From the NCBI GenBank assembly GCA_031376195.1, contig JANMDH010000183.1, forward strand, positions 1 through 38,410: a stretch of 38,410 bases of DNA, in the 5' to 3' direction. The DNA comes from Gemmobacter sp. Lineage in GTDB: Bacteria > Pseudomonadota > Alphaproteobacteria > Rhodobacterales > Rhodobacteraceae. Positions 27,627-36,291 of this stretch are shown here, piece after piece (position 1 is the first letter of the stretch; each line of letters begins with the position of its first letter). Below the pieces are notes generated by a model. It was given only the letters and a program-made list of their open reading frames with translations, was not told the DNA's origin and made no database searches. A program made the translations under genes and the position numbers.

Positions 27627-28277
27627 TCAGGCCCCGATGGTGCCTGTCACCAGAACCGGCCCGGTTGGTGCGCCGGTTGGCGACCCGCCCGCAGGTTCAA
27701 GGCTGACCGCCAGCACCATGCCAGAGGCAAGATCAGGCAAGGGGCGTCGTGCCGTCTGTCCGCCGATCACCCCCAGCGACACCGGGGCCGCATCGCCCGC
27801 GATCAGCCAAAGTTCATAATCGCGGCCCGCCTCCGGGGCAGGGCCGCCGGTTTGCTGAAGGTAAAGCGCCTGCCCGTCATAGCTCGCCGTGAAGATAACC
27901 GCTTGCGCGTCCCCCTGCAGCACAGCGACCAGTTCAGGCCGCTGCGGATTGGGCAGGATCAGAAATATCGCCAAGGCGACAACAGCCGCACTTGCCGTGC
28001 CAATCACAAACTGGAACCACGAAAAATTGCTTATTTTGCGCTTTTTCGGGAAAAGGCGCGCCTCCACCCGGTGAAACACATTCGGCGCTTTCAGGTCGGC
28101 GTATCCCTCGTTCATCGGGCCAAAGTCGTTTTCCCATTGCGCGATGCGCCGGCCAAAGCTGGTATCCAGCTTCATCCGCGTCTCGACAGACAGGCGTTCA
28201 GACAGCGTCAGAACACCCAGCACGTATTCGCCCGCCAGGATGTCATCTTCGTCGCTATGGGAAAATTCGTCGGTCAT
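27627..28277 (-). CDS. Anti-sigma factor, RskA (anti-sigma-K)-like, single-pass membrane protein
   Basis: N-terminal sigma-binding helix (DDILAGEYVLGVLT), a central TM helix (FVIGTASAAVVALAIFLIL) and a C-terminal RskA-type domain (YELWLIAGDAAPVSLGVI...LAVSLEPAGGSPTGAPTGPVLV). The ATG at 28277 overlaps the sigma-factor stop as ATGA. Confidence 0.8.
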   Translation of the reverse strand: MTDEFSHSDEDDILAGEYVLGVLTLSERLSVETRMKLDTSFGRRIAQWENDFGPMNEGYADLKAPNVFHRVEARLFPKKRKISNFSWFQFVIGTASAAVVALAIFLILPNPQRPELVAVLQGDAQAVIFTASYDGQALYLQQTGGPAPEAGRDYELWLIAGDAAPVSLGVIGGQTARRPLPDLASGMVLAVSLEPAGGSPTGAPTGPVLVTGTIGA

Positions 28278-28810
28278 GCTCCCAGACACTCCCGCAAGGA
28301 CATCAGGCTGCGGCGCAGCCAGCTGCGAATAGTGTTCAGCGGCACGCCATGCCGATCCGCCAACTGCTGATAGGACAGTCCGCCCAGATAAGCCCCGCGC
28401 ACGGCTTGCGCCTTATCAGGTTCCAGCGTGCCCATGCAGTCAATCACGCGCAGCGCCTCGCCTTTGGCCACCAGCGACGCCTCGACCCCCTGACGGTGGT
28501 CCTGTAATGACAACACCGCGTCATCGTCGGATATCTCGGCCGGCCGGGCGCGCAGGCGGTCAATCGCGTGGTTACGGCTGATCGCGATCAGCCATGTCAT
28601 CGCACGCCCCTTTTCCGGGTCAAAGCGGCCAGCACGCAGCCAAAAACGGGTAAATACTTCTTGCAAGGCGTCCTCGGATTCTGCTCGGTTACCAAGGATA
28701 CGCATCAGAACGCCGAAAAGTTTCGTCGACGTCTTTTTATAAAGTTCCTTGAAGGCCGCACGGTCTTCGGCGGCCACGCGGATCAGCAACTCTGCAATCG
28801 GATCATCCAT
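28274..28810 (-). CDS. ECF (group 4) RNA polymerase sigma-70 family factor
   Basis: Region 2 (AEDALQEVFTRFW) and region 4 (LSYQQLADRHGVPLNTIRSWLRRS). 178 aa, with the cognate anti-sigma factor immediately downstream. Confidence 0.9.
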   Translation of the reverse strand: MDDPIAELLIRVAAEDRAAFKELYKKTSTKLFGVLMRILGNRAESEDALQEVFTRFWLRAGRFDPEKGRAMTWLIAISRNHAIDRLRARPAEISDDDAVLSLQDHRQGVEASLVAKGEALRVIDCMGTLEPDKAQAVRGAYLGGLSYQQLADRHGVPLNTIRSWLRRSLMSLRECLGA

Positions 28811-28863
28811 GGCCGAACGCTAGCCGCGCAGAACGCGCTTCGCAAGCCTTGGCGCACATCTGA

Positions 28864-30927
28864 TCATACGGCACCACCTTGGCCGCGCCGCCGTTTGCGC
28901 CCCCCCTCACCCCCGCCGCCCGCGTTAAAGCTGACGTCGGGCAGGGTCACGATCCTGGCCAGTTCGGGGAAAGGGTCGCTCGCATGCGGGATCGCATTGG
29001 CTGCCACGAAATGTTCCTGAAAACGCGGCTCTATGGCGGTTTCCACCTTGTGTATCTGATGCACGACTTGTTCGATTGTCGCCCGCGCCCCCAGATTGCA
29101 CAGGGCAATCCGCGCGCCTGTGCCCGCCGCATTGCCTGCCGAGGTCACCTTTGACAGATGCGCATCGGGGATCATGCCCAGCACCATCGCATGTTTCGGG
29201 CTGATATGCGCCCCAAAGGCCCCGGCAAGGGTCACGCGGTCCACATGATCCACACCCATTTCATCCATCAACAATCGCGCTCCTGCATACAGAGCCGATT
29301 TCGCAAGCTGGATGGCGCGGATGTCGCCCTGCGTCACGCTGATGACTGGGCCGCCGTCGGCGCTTCCGTCGAACAGCAGATAGGAATGTGTCCGCCCGGT
29401 CGGGATCATCCGTGCGCTGCCCACCTGTTCGGCCGATCCGATCAACCCACCGGGGTCAACCAGCCCCGCCATCCGCATTTCGGCCACCGCTTCGATGATG
29501 CCCGACCCGCAGATGCCGGTCACCCCGGTCTGCGCCGTCACCACGTCAAAGCCCGGCTCGTCCGACCACACATCACTGCCGATCACCCGGAAACGCGGCT
29601 CTTTCGTCACCGTGTCAATCTCCACCCGCTCAATCGCCCCCGGTGCGGCCCGCTGCCCCGAACTGATCTGCGCGCCTTCAAAGGCCGGGCCCGTGGGCGA
29701 CGAACAGGCCAGCACCCGTGTTTCGTTCCCCAAAAGGATCTCCGCGTTGGTGCCAACATCAACAATCAGCACCATGTCCTTTGATTTGTTCGGCTCTTCC
29801 GACAACGCCACTGCCGCGCAATCCGCCCCCACATGCCCTGCGATGCACGGCAGGATATAGACCCGCGCCGCCCGGTTCAGGTGCGTCAGGTCAAGGTCAC
29901 GCGCATCCAGGCTGATCGAATTCGACGTGGCAAGTGCAAATGGCGCCTGACCCAGTTCCACCGGATCAATCCCCAGCAGCAGATGGTGCATCACCGGGTT
30001 GCAGACAAAAACCACCTCATAGATCGCCGTTGCCGAAATTCCCGCCTCATCCGCAATCGATTTGCCCAGATCATTGATCGCCTCGCGCACCGCGCGGGTC
30101 ATTTCCACATCGCCGCCGGGATTCATCATCGCATAGGAAACCCGGCTCATCAGATCTTCGCCAAACCTGATCTGCGGGTTCATCAGGCCGCTCGACGCCA
30201 GCACCGACCCATCCCCCAGATCGCAAAGATGCGCCGCGATGGTGGTCGAACCAAGATCGATGGCCAGCCCGTAAATCTTGTCCTCGTTGAAGCCGGGGAA
30301 AATATCCAGAATGCGGTGCGCCGCATCATCATGGCCCCGGTTCAGCACCACCGTGATCTTCCAGTCCCCTTTGCGCAGCACGGGTTGCAAGCGGCGCAGG
30401 ATTGCCAGATCAGCCGTCACATCCGTAATTTGCCACTGATCCCGCAGCGCCCGCACCACGCGTTCAAAATCGCCCGTCGGTTCGTGCATGTCGGGTTCCG
30501 CCACCTCGATGTAATAGGCGCGGGTGCCCGGATCCATCACGATATCGCGCTGTGTCGCCGACTTGCGGATCACCTGTTTGTGCACCTGACTTTCGGGCGG
30601 CACGTCGATCACCACGTCGCCCATCACCTTTGCCTGACAGCCTAACCGCCGACCGGGCGTCAGACCCCGGACGCGATTGTAACGATCCTCCACCGCGTTC
30701 CATTCCGACAGCGCCCCTTCGGCCACCGTCACGCCATGCTTGGGAAACTCACCGAATCCCGGCGTAATCTGGCATTTGGAACAGATCCCCCGCCCGCCAC
30801 AGACACTGTCCAGATCCACCCCCAACTGCCGCGCCGCCGTCAGCACAGGCGTGCCCAACGCGAACCGCCCCCGCTTGCCAGAGGGGGTAAAGATCACAAG
30901 GGCGTCTTCCGCGGTATCGGGGGTCAT
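28864..30927 (-). CDS. 2Fe-2S ferredoxin / ASKHA (DUF4445) fusion protein, RamA/RACo-like reductive activator of corrinoid proteins
   Basis: Plant-type ferredoxin Cys motif (SVCGGRGICSKCQI ... LGCQAKV), then a large ASKHA ATPase-like region (GLAIDLGSTTIAA, VDVGTNAEI, GICGSGI). Adjacent to a methyl-THF methyltransferase gene. Confidence 0.85.
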   Translation of the reverse strand: MTPDTAEDALVIFTPSGKRGRFALGTPVLTAARQLGVDLDSVCGGRGICSKCQITPGFGEFPKHGVTVAEGALSEWNAVEDRYNRVRGLTPGRRLGCQAKVMGDVVIDVPPESQVHKQVIRKSATQRDIVMDPGTRAYYIEVAEPDMHEPTGDFERVVRALRDQWQITDVTADLAILRRLQPVLRKGDWKITVVLNRGHDDAAHRILDIFPGFNEDKIYGLAIDLGSTTIAAHLCDLGDGSVLASSGLMNPQIRFGEDLMSRVSYAMMNPGGDVEMTRAVREAINDLGKSIADEAGISATAIYEVVFVCNPVMHHLLLGIDPVELGQAPFALATSNSISLDARDLDLTHLNRAARVYILPCIAGHVGADCAAVALSEEPNKSKDMVLIVDVGTNAEILLGNETRVLACSSPTGPAFEGAQISSGQRAAPGAIERVEIDTVTKEPRFRVIGSDVWSDEPGFDVVTAQTGVTGICGSGIIEAVAEMRMAGLVDPGGLIGSAEQVGSARMIPTGRTHSYLLFDGSADGGPVISVTQGDIRAIQLAKSALYAGARLLMDEMGVDHVDRVTLAGAFGAHISPKHAMVLGMIPDAHLSKVTSAGNAAGTGARIALCNLGARATIEQVVHQIHKVETAIEPRFQEHFVAANAIPHASDPFPELARIVTLPDVSFNAGGGGEGGRKRRRGQGGAV

Positions 30928-31020
30928 GGCATTCTCCTGTCCGGTCAGGTTTTAGGGCAAAGGGCAGGGGCCGCAATGGCGGAAAGCGGCATCGCGTCAC
31001 GAAGTCACGTCGCAGCCGAT

Positions 31021-31053
31021 TTTTCTGCGAAAAATCAGAATTTTCGCAGAAAA
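31021..31053. promoter_or_regulatory. Perfect AT-rich inverted repeat TTTTCTGCGAAAA-N7-TTTTCGCAGAAAA (candidate operator)
   Basis: 13-bp arms at 31021-31033 and 31041-31053 are exact reverse complements. Lies 94-126 bp upstream of the ASKHA ATG (30927) and 11 nt past the stop of the small ORF. Confidence 0.45.
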
Positions 31054-31063
31054 TTTGTATCCG

Positions 31064-31291
31064 TCAGAAATGAAGATGAACAGCGCCCTTGTGACAGATC
31101 ACGATCAACTGGTGCCCGGTTTCCAGCAGGTGGAAACCCCGGCTACGCACTTCTGCAATAAACCGATCTCGGCCAATTTCACGCTCCACCCACGCCCGGC
31201 TGCGGCGGATCACCCCACCGTTTGACACAGCCTTTGCCGAAAACACTTCGGCAATCCACGAGTCAGGGGCGGTGAGGCGGTATATATCCAT
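31064..31291 (-). CDS. Small conserved-looking protein of unknown function (75 aa)
   Basis: MDIYRLTAPDSWIAEVFSAKAVSNGGVIRRSRAWVEREIGRDRFIAEVRSRGFHLLETGHQLIVICHKGAVHLHF. Same strand as its neighbours and fills the gap between the methyltransferase and activase genes. The coding call rests on context and non-shadow-like composition only. Confidence 0.5.
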   Translation of the reverse strand: MDIYRLTAPDSWIAEVFSAKAVSNGGVIRRSRAWVEREIGRDRFIAEVRSRGFHLLETGHQLIVICHKGAVHLHF

Positions 31292-31329
31292 GCGCCACCA
31301 TCGCAAGCCAAGGTAAACGTCGGGTTAAC

Positions 31330-32310
31330 TTACCCCCGCGCCCGTCGCCCCCCGCGCCGGCCCGATGTTGCGGCCGATGCCGCCGTTGACGCTTCGGCAA
31401 ATGTAGCACCCGCCTCCACCGCCTCCAGCACCTTTGCGAACCGGATCCATTCGCCGCCGTTCGCATCATGGTTCATCAGGAAATTCGCCGCCCGGATCGC
31501 CTCCATCTCCACCTGACGCACCGGGTTCATGATTGCGCTCGTCATCCCCGCCCCGATTGCCATCGGCAGAAAAGCCGCGTTGATCCCATGCCGGTGGGGC
31601 AGACCGAAACTGATGTTGCTTGCCCCGCAGGTCGTGTTCACACCCAGTTCGGCCCGCAGACGCTGCACCAAAGTGAACACCTGACGACCCGCCGATCCCA
31701 TCGCCCCCACCGGCATTACCAGCGGATCCACCACGATGTCATGTGCTGGAATCCCGAAATCCGCCGCCCGTTCAACGATCTTTTTCGCCACCGCGAACCG
31801 CACATCCGGGTCTTCGGAAATCCCCGTATCATCGTTCGAAATCGCCACCACCGGCACGCCGTATTTCTTGACCAGCGGCAGAACCAGTTCCAGCCGGTGC
31901 TCTTCGCCCGTCACCGAATTCAGCAGGGGTCGGCCTTCGCAGGCGCGCAGACCTTCTTCAAGGGCACCGGGAACCGAGCTGTCGATGCACAAGGGCACGT
32001 CCACAATCGCCTGAATCCGCAGGATCAGTTCGCGCATCAGGGGCGGTTCGACAAAGTTGTTGTCGGCGTAACGCGGATCGCTTGCCATCTTGTTCGTGAA
32101 CACCGCACCCGAATTCACGTCCAGCACCATCGCCCCGCAGGCCACCTGTTCCAACGCGTCGCGTTCCACCGTGGTGAAATCCCCCGCCTCCAGCTCCGCC
32201 GCCAGCTTTTTGCGGCCTGTCGGGTTGATCCGTTCACCGATCACGCAAAAAGGTTCGTCAAAACCGATGATCACGGTCTTGGTCTTCGATTCGATCACAG
32301 TGCGTGTCAT
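31330..32310 (-). CDS. Methyltetrahydrofolate:corrinoid methyltransferase (pterin-binding domain protein, MetH/AcsE/MtrH-like)
   Basis: IGERINPTGRKK motif and a DHPS-like TIM-barrel pattern (MVLDVNSG, CIDSS, LNSVTGE, ISFGLP). Gly/Arg-rich C-terminal tail. Confidence 0.85.
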   Translation of the reverse strand: MTRTVIESKTKTVIIGFDEPFCVIGERINPTGRKKLAAELEAGDFTTVERDALEQVACGAMVLDVNSGAVFTNKMASDPRYADNNFVEPPLMRELILRIQAIVDVPLCIDSSVPGALEEGLRACEGRPLLNSVTGEEHRLELVLPLVKKYGVPVVAISNDDTGISEDPDVRFAVAKKIVERAADFGIPAHDIVVDPLVMPVGAMGSAGRQVFTLVQRLRAELGVNTTCGASNISFGLPHRHGINAAFLPMAIGAGMTSAIMNPVRQVEMEAIRAANFLMNHDANGGEWIRFAKVLEAVEAGATFAEASTAASAATSGRRGGRRARG

Positions 32311-32313
32311 GTC

Positions 32314-33237
32314 TTATCCTTGAATACTGGCAGGAACGCCCGAGGCACCGCCGTGATTTGTGATCCAGGTGGCGTTTGTCTTGATACCACCAAGCGGAAA
32401 GAAGTGAACCGATTCAATGCCGAACGCCGGGTTCTTCGCCTTGTGTGCCGCCAATGCCGCCACAAACTCTGTCGGCTCGTACGGCAACAGCAATTTGGTC
32501 ACATCCATCGCGCGCTTCTGCAACACCCGCATTGACGCGCCCACGCCGCAGGCAATCGCGAACTTGATCAGGGTCTGCAGCTTGGCCGGACCCGCCACCC
32601 CGATATGGATCGGCAGATGAATCCCCTCAGTGGCCAGCCTGTCCGCCCAGGCGATCACCGGGTCCGCCTCAAAACAGAACTGCGTCACGATGGCCATCTT
32701 CGCATCGGACCGTTCCGAAAACGCCTGTTTCCACTTCAGGGCCTGCATCACGACGGCATCGCCGCCATCCTTGTCGATATCGCGGTTGCCTTCGGGGTGG
32801 CCTGCGACATGCAGCCGGTCAAACCCGGAAAACAACCCTGTTTCAATCAGTTGCATTGATGCGTTGAACTCGCCTGCAGGTGTGTTCACCCCGCCGCCCA
32901 GCAGAAGGGCCTGCTTCACATCCGCCTCGCCCTGATAACGTGCGATCCAATCAGCAAGGGTTGCCCGATCCGGAATGATCCGCGCCGGAAAATGCGGCAT
33001 CACCACATAGCCTTCCGCATTCAACCGCCTCGCCGTGGCCACCATCTCCTCAACCGGCGTCCCGTCGATGTGTGCAATGTAGACCCGCGTCCCCTGTGGC
33101 AGCAGATCGCGGAAGTTTTCCACTTTTTCTGCCGTGCGCGGCATCACTTCGATGGAACAGCCGTGCAGAAATGCCTCCACCTCGGCTTTTACAGGCTCGG
33201 ACGGGGCCGTTTCGCGGCGCAGGGAAAACAGGGCCAT
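32314..33237 (-). CDS. metF: Methylenetetrahydrofolate reductase family protein
   Basis: MTHFR-fold features (CSIEVMPRTAEKV, VYIAHIDG, LLLGGG, VAGHPEGN). Ends 3 nt before the methyltransferase start. Confidence 0.8.
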   Translation of the reverse strand: MALFSLRRETAPSEPVKAEVEAFLHGCSIEVMPRTAEKVENFRDLLPQGTRVYIAHIDGTPVEEMVATARRLNAEGYVVMPHFPARIIPDRATLADWIARYQGEADVKQALLLGGGVNTPAGEFNASMQLIETGLFSGFDRLHVAGHPEGNRDIDKDGGDAVVMQALKWKQAFSERSDAKMAIVTQFCFEADPVIAWADRLATEGIHLPIHIGVAGPAKLQTLIKFAIACGVGASMRVLQKRAMDVTKLLLPYEPTEFVAALAAHKAKNPAFGIESVHFFPLGGIKTNATWITNHGGASGVPASIQG

Positions 33238-33259
33238 CTTCAGTCTCCAATCAGGGGCG

Positions 33260-33556
33260 TCAGGCCCGGCCTTCGTTGTCGATCAGGTGTTTCAGGCGTC
33301 CAGCATCATATTCCGCCTCCAGACGCGCGGCCTCGGATGCGGCCACTGCATCCTCGTCGCCCTCAACCGCGTAAGGCTCTGCCTTGCGCCATTCCCCCAG
33401 ATAGCTGTCACTGTCCTTTGCGCCGATCTTCATCGCGCACCGATCAATCGCCTGTTCAAAGCGTTCGGTCAGTTGCACTTTCGATCCGCGCCGCCCTTTG
33501 CCGACGATAACCTGCGCGGGAATATCGCGCCAATAGACAATGGTGACATCGGGCAT
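33260..33556 (-). CDS. Small protein of the so-called virulence factor (PF13769-like) family, function unknown
   Basis: MPDVTIVYWRDIPAQVIVGKGRRGSKVQLTERFEQAIDRCAMKIGAKDSDSYLGEWRK matches my memory of this family, which commonly precedes metF in alphaproteobacteria. Start trimmed to ATG 33556. Confidence 0.6.
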   Translation of the reverse strand: MPDVTIVYWRDIPAQVIVGKGRRGSKVQLTERFEQAIDRCAMKIGAKDSDSYLGEWRKAEPYAVEGDEDAVAASEAARLEAEYDAGRLKHLIDNEGRA

Positions 33557-33811
33557 TCGTCTGATCCGCCTTTTTTCCTGTTGTCCTGTCATATCGACGG
33601 CGCGCGACAAACCATGTCGGATTTCGACATTCAACACGCGACAAGCGACCCGTGGCATTCTGTATCTCAACCGGCGCATCCGCGCGATGGGGCAGGGAAT
33701 GAATTCTTCTCATGTTTATCATGGGGTGCGTCGATGCAGCAGACGCAACCGCTTGCGCGGGGGGCGCTTCGGGTCAACCCTCAACCCCAACAATGTATGG
33801 AGGGCGAGCAG

Positions 33812-34954
33812 ATGAAGACCGATCTTCAACGAAGGGCGGACGCGATCCCGGCGGCAACAGGTGTCAGCGCAAGTCCTGATCCGCTGGTCGAACCGAACGC
33901 CCGTGCCTTTTTCGGTCCGGCACCGCTGTATGCGGCACTGGATCTCGGCACCAATTCGTGCCGGATGTTGATTGCCCAACCAAAGGGCAGTCAATTCACT
34001 GTCGTGGACAGTTTTTCCAAAACGGTGCAGTTGGGCGCGGGGCTGGAGGCCTCGGGCAGGCTCAGCCGCGCCTCGATGACACGCACCATTCAGGCCCTGC
34101 GCATCTGTCAGAAAAAGCTGGAAAAGCATAATGTCAGACGCATGCGCCTGGTCGCGACCGAGGCGTGCCGCCGCGCCCGCAACGCAAAGGAATTCATCCG
34201 GCAGGTGAAACGCGAAACGGGTCTGGCCCTGGAGGTGATCCCGGCCGAGGAAGAGGCACGTCTGGCGGTGATTTCCTGCGCGCCACTGGTGGAACGGACA
34301 ACAGAACAGCTGCTGGTCGTGGATATTGGCGGTGGATCCACCGAACTCGTCTGGATCGATCTGTCCGCCGTCGCCCCTGAGGAAAAGTCCCGGTCCATCA
34401 TGCGGTTGCGCAACGGTTTTGCCAGCGACGGGGACGGGCCTGCCGCACAGGTGATTGACTGGATTTCCGTGCCGCTGGGGGTTGCGACATTGAAGGATCA
34501 GTTCATCGATGTCGAAGACGACGCCGCGCGCTTTGCCTTGATGAGCTGGTTTTTTGAAGAAAATCTGGCCAGCTTTTCCCCCTATAACGCCGAAGCGCCC
34601 CGCGCCGGGTTCCAGATCATCGGAACCAGCGGCACGGTGACCACTGTCGCCGCGTCTTTTCTGGGATTGAAACGCTATGACCGGACCAAGGTTGACGGGC
34701 TGCTGATGACCAGTGTCCAGATTGACACGGTGATCCGCGATTACCTGATGCTCGGTCCCGAAGGGCGGCGCACCGATCCACGCATCGGGCGGGATCGGCA
34801 TGCCCTGATCATGTCGGGCGCATCCATCCTGCAGGCCTTGATGCGCATCTGGCCGACAGACCGGCTGTCAGTTGCGGATCGCGGTTTGCGCGAAGGCTTG
34901 CTATACGCACAGATGAGCGCGGACGGCGTATTGGAAGACGGGCCTTATCAATGA
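33812..34954 (+). CDS. ppx: Ppx/GppA-family exopolyphosphatase / guanosine pentaphosphate phosphohydrolase
   Basis: ASKHA phosphatase motifs [34 protein letters not shown] and GTSGTVT. Start placed at ATG 33812, with GGAGGG 8 nt upstream. The 226-codon extension in the ORF track overlaps divergent genes. Confidence 0.88.
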   Translation: MKTDLQRRADAIPAATGVSASPDPLVEPNARAFFGPAPLYAALDLGTNSCRMLIAQPKGSQFTVVDSFSKTVQLGAGLEASGRLSRASMTRTIQALRICQKKLEKHNVRRMRLVATEACRRARNAKEFIRQVKRETGLALEVIPAEEEARLAVISCAPLVERTTEQLLVVDIGGGSTELVWIDLSAVAPEEKSRSIMRLRNGFASDGDGPAAQVIDWISVPLGVATLKDQFIDVEDDAARFALMSWFFEENLASFSPYNAEAPRAGFQIIGTSGTVTTVAASFLGLKRYDRTKVDGLLMTSVQIDTVIRDYLMLGPEGRRTDPRIGRDRHALIMSGASILQALMRIWPTDRLSVADRGLREGLLYAQMSADGVLEDGPYQ

Positions 34955-35673
34955 CGGACATCAAGAACACCTCGGGTCGGGGCCAGCGCGAATTGCGCGT
35001 CAGGGTCAAAACGGCGCGGGGACGAAAACTGTCATCGACCTTGTGGTTGGAACGTCAGTTGAACGACCCCTATGTCATCCGGGCCAAAAAGGAAGGGTTC
35101 CGGGGCAGGGCGGCCTACAAGATATCGGAACTGGATGACAAATACGGCTTTCTGAAACCGGGGGTGCGGGTGGTTGACCTTGGCTGCGCGCCGGGCGGGT
35201 GGTGCCAGATCGCGGTGGACCGGGTGAATGCCCTGGGACAGCGGGCGAACAAACCCAAAGGCACGGTTCTGGGTGTGGACTTGCAAGAGGTCGAACCGAT
35301 TGCCGGGGCACAGATCCACCAATTGGACTTTCTGGCCGAAGGGGCGGATACGCAGGTCAAGGAATGGCTCGGCGGCCCCGCCGACGTGGTGCTCAGCGAT
35401 ATGGCCGCCGCCTCTTCGGGCCACAAGGCAACTGACCATCTGCGCATCGTGGCGCTGGTAGAGGCGGCTTTGGCCTTTGCCTTCGACGTGCTGGAAGAGG
35501 ACGGCACCTTTGTGGCGAAAGTTCTGGCCGGGGGCGCGGAAATCGGGATGCAGAACCTGCTCAAGAAGAACCTCCGCAAGGTGGCGAATGTGAAACCCGC
35601 TGCAAGCCGTTCTGACAGTTCAGAAAAATTCGTGGTGGCGATGGGGTTCAAGGGCCGCACAACGCCGGAATAA
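34951..35673 (+). CDS. rlmE: 23S rRNA (uridine2552-2'-O)-methyltransferase RlmE (FtsJ)
   Basis: [41 protein letters not shown] and KVLAGG motifs. ATGA overlap with ppx. Confidence 0.93.
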   Translation: MTDIKNTSGRGQRELRVRVKTARGRKLSSTLWLERQLNDPYVIRAKKEGFRGRAAYKISELDDKYGFLKPGVRVVDLGCAPGGWCQIAVDRVNALGQRANKPKGTVLGVDLQEVEPIAGAQIHQLDFLAEGADTQVKEWLGGPADVVLSDMAAASSGHKATDHLRIVALVEAALAFAFDVLEEDGTFVAKVLAGGAEIGMQNLLKKNLRKVANVKPAASRSDSSEKFVVAMGFKGRTTPE

Positions 35674-35700
35674 AAAAAGCGCCCGGGACTTGGGCGCTTT
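35672..35700. terminator. Bidirectional intrinsic terminator between rlmE and the DUF882 gene
   Basis: A7-GCGCCC-gggactt-GGGCGC-TTT. Read on the minus strand, the hairpin is followed by seven U residues. It sits between two convergent stops (35673 and 35722). Confidence 0.65.
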
Positions 35701-35721
35701 CATCACGGCAATATTGGTAGT

Positions 35722-36291
35722 TCAGCCGCCCCAGTGCCGCACCGGCCCGCAGTCCATGTGCACAAAGTTCGATCCGGAATAACGCCCGACGCCGCCGCCG
35801 GAACACGCTTCGGCCGCGCGCGCCATCTGGCCCACCGACCGGGATTTCAGCCGCACATCAGCCGCTTTTCCCACCATATGCAGGGAATTGCGCGCAACAC
35901 CGCCAGATTTGGACCGCAGCATCGCGTTCGTCGCCTTGCAGCGATAACCCGACAACATCATATAGGGTTCGGACACATCCATCAGGCGATGCGACGCGGC
36001 CAGCACATCCAGATTGCGCGGATCCATCTTGATCGTATCCCCGGAACGCCAATCCCGCATGAAGTGATTGATTTCCTTCATCACTTCCGGAATGTATTCG
36101 CCTTCCAACCAATAGATCGTGTCCACACTTTCGCCCGTTCGTCCGGAATACATGCTGACCCGGCGCACATCACCTGCACCGCGCAGCAATCCGAAAGCGT
36201 TGGAGTAAGTGGGGGCCGCGACAACAACTGTGGCTGCGAAAACACCCAAGAGTCCACGGCGTGAAAAGCCGGTAGTCGGTTCATTCGTCAT
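35722..36291 (-). CDS. DUF882 / peptidase M15A-like protein (YcbK/MepK-like murein endopeptidase) with Tat signal
   Basis: Twin-arginine signal FSRRGLLGVFAATVVVAAP. M15-like metal motifs (SGYRC...N, SLHMVGKAADV, FVHMD). Confidence 0.85.
   Translation of the reverse strand: MTNEPTTGFSRRGLLGVFAATVVVAAPTYSNAFGLLRGAGDVRRVSMYSGRTGESVDTIYWLEGEYIPEVMKEINHFMRDWRSGDTIKMDPRNLDVLAASHRLMDVSEPYMMLSGYRCKATNAMLRSKSGGVARNSLHMVGKAADVRLKSRSVGQMARAAEACSGGGVGRYSGSNFVHMDCGPVRHWGG

Noticed and set aside
28811-28863. An autoregulatory ECF promoter directly upstream of the sigma factor gene.
   Set aside because: No AAC-N16/17-CGT arrangement matching the candidate fasciclin promoter is present in the 53-nt gap or in the adjacent 100 nt that I scanned.
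33586-33592. Single CTGTCAT Pho-box half-site in the spacer upstream of ppx, an attractive link between polyphosphate metabolism and PhoB.
   Set aside because: There is only one heptamer. The nearest similar heptamer (CTGTTGT) is offset by 8 rather than 11 bp, and the site lies about 220 bp upstream of the ppx start. A single 7-mer is expected by chance.
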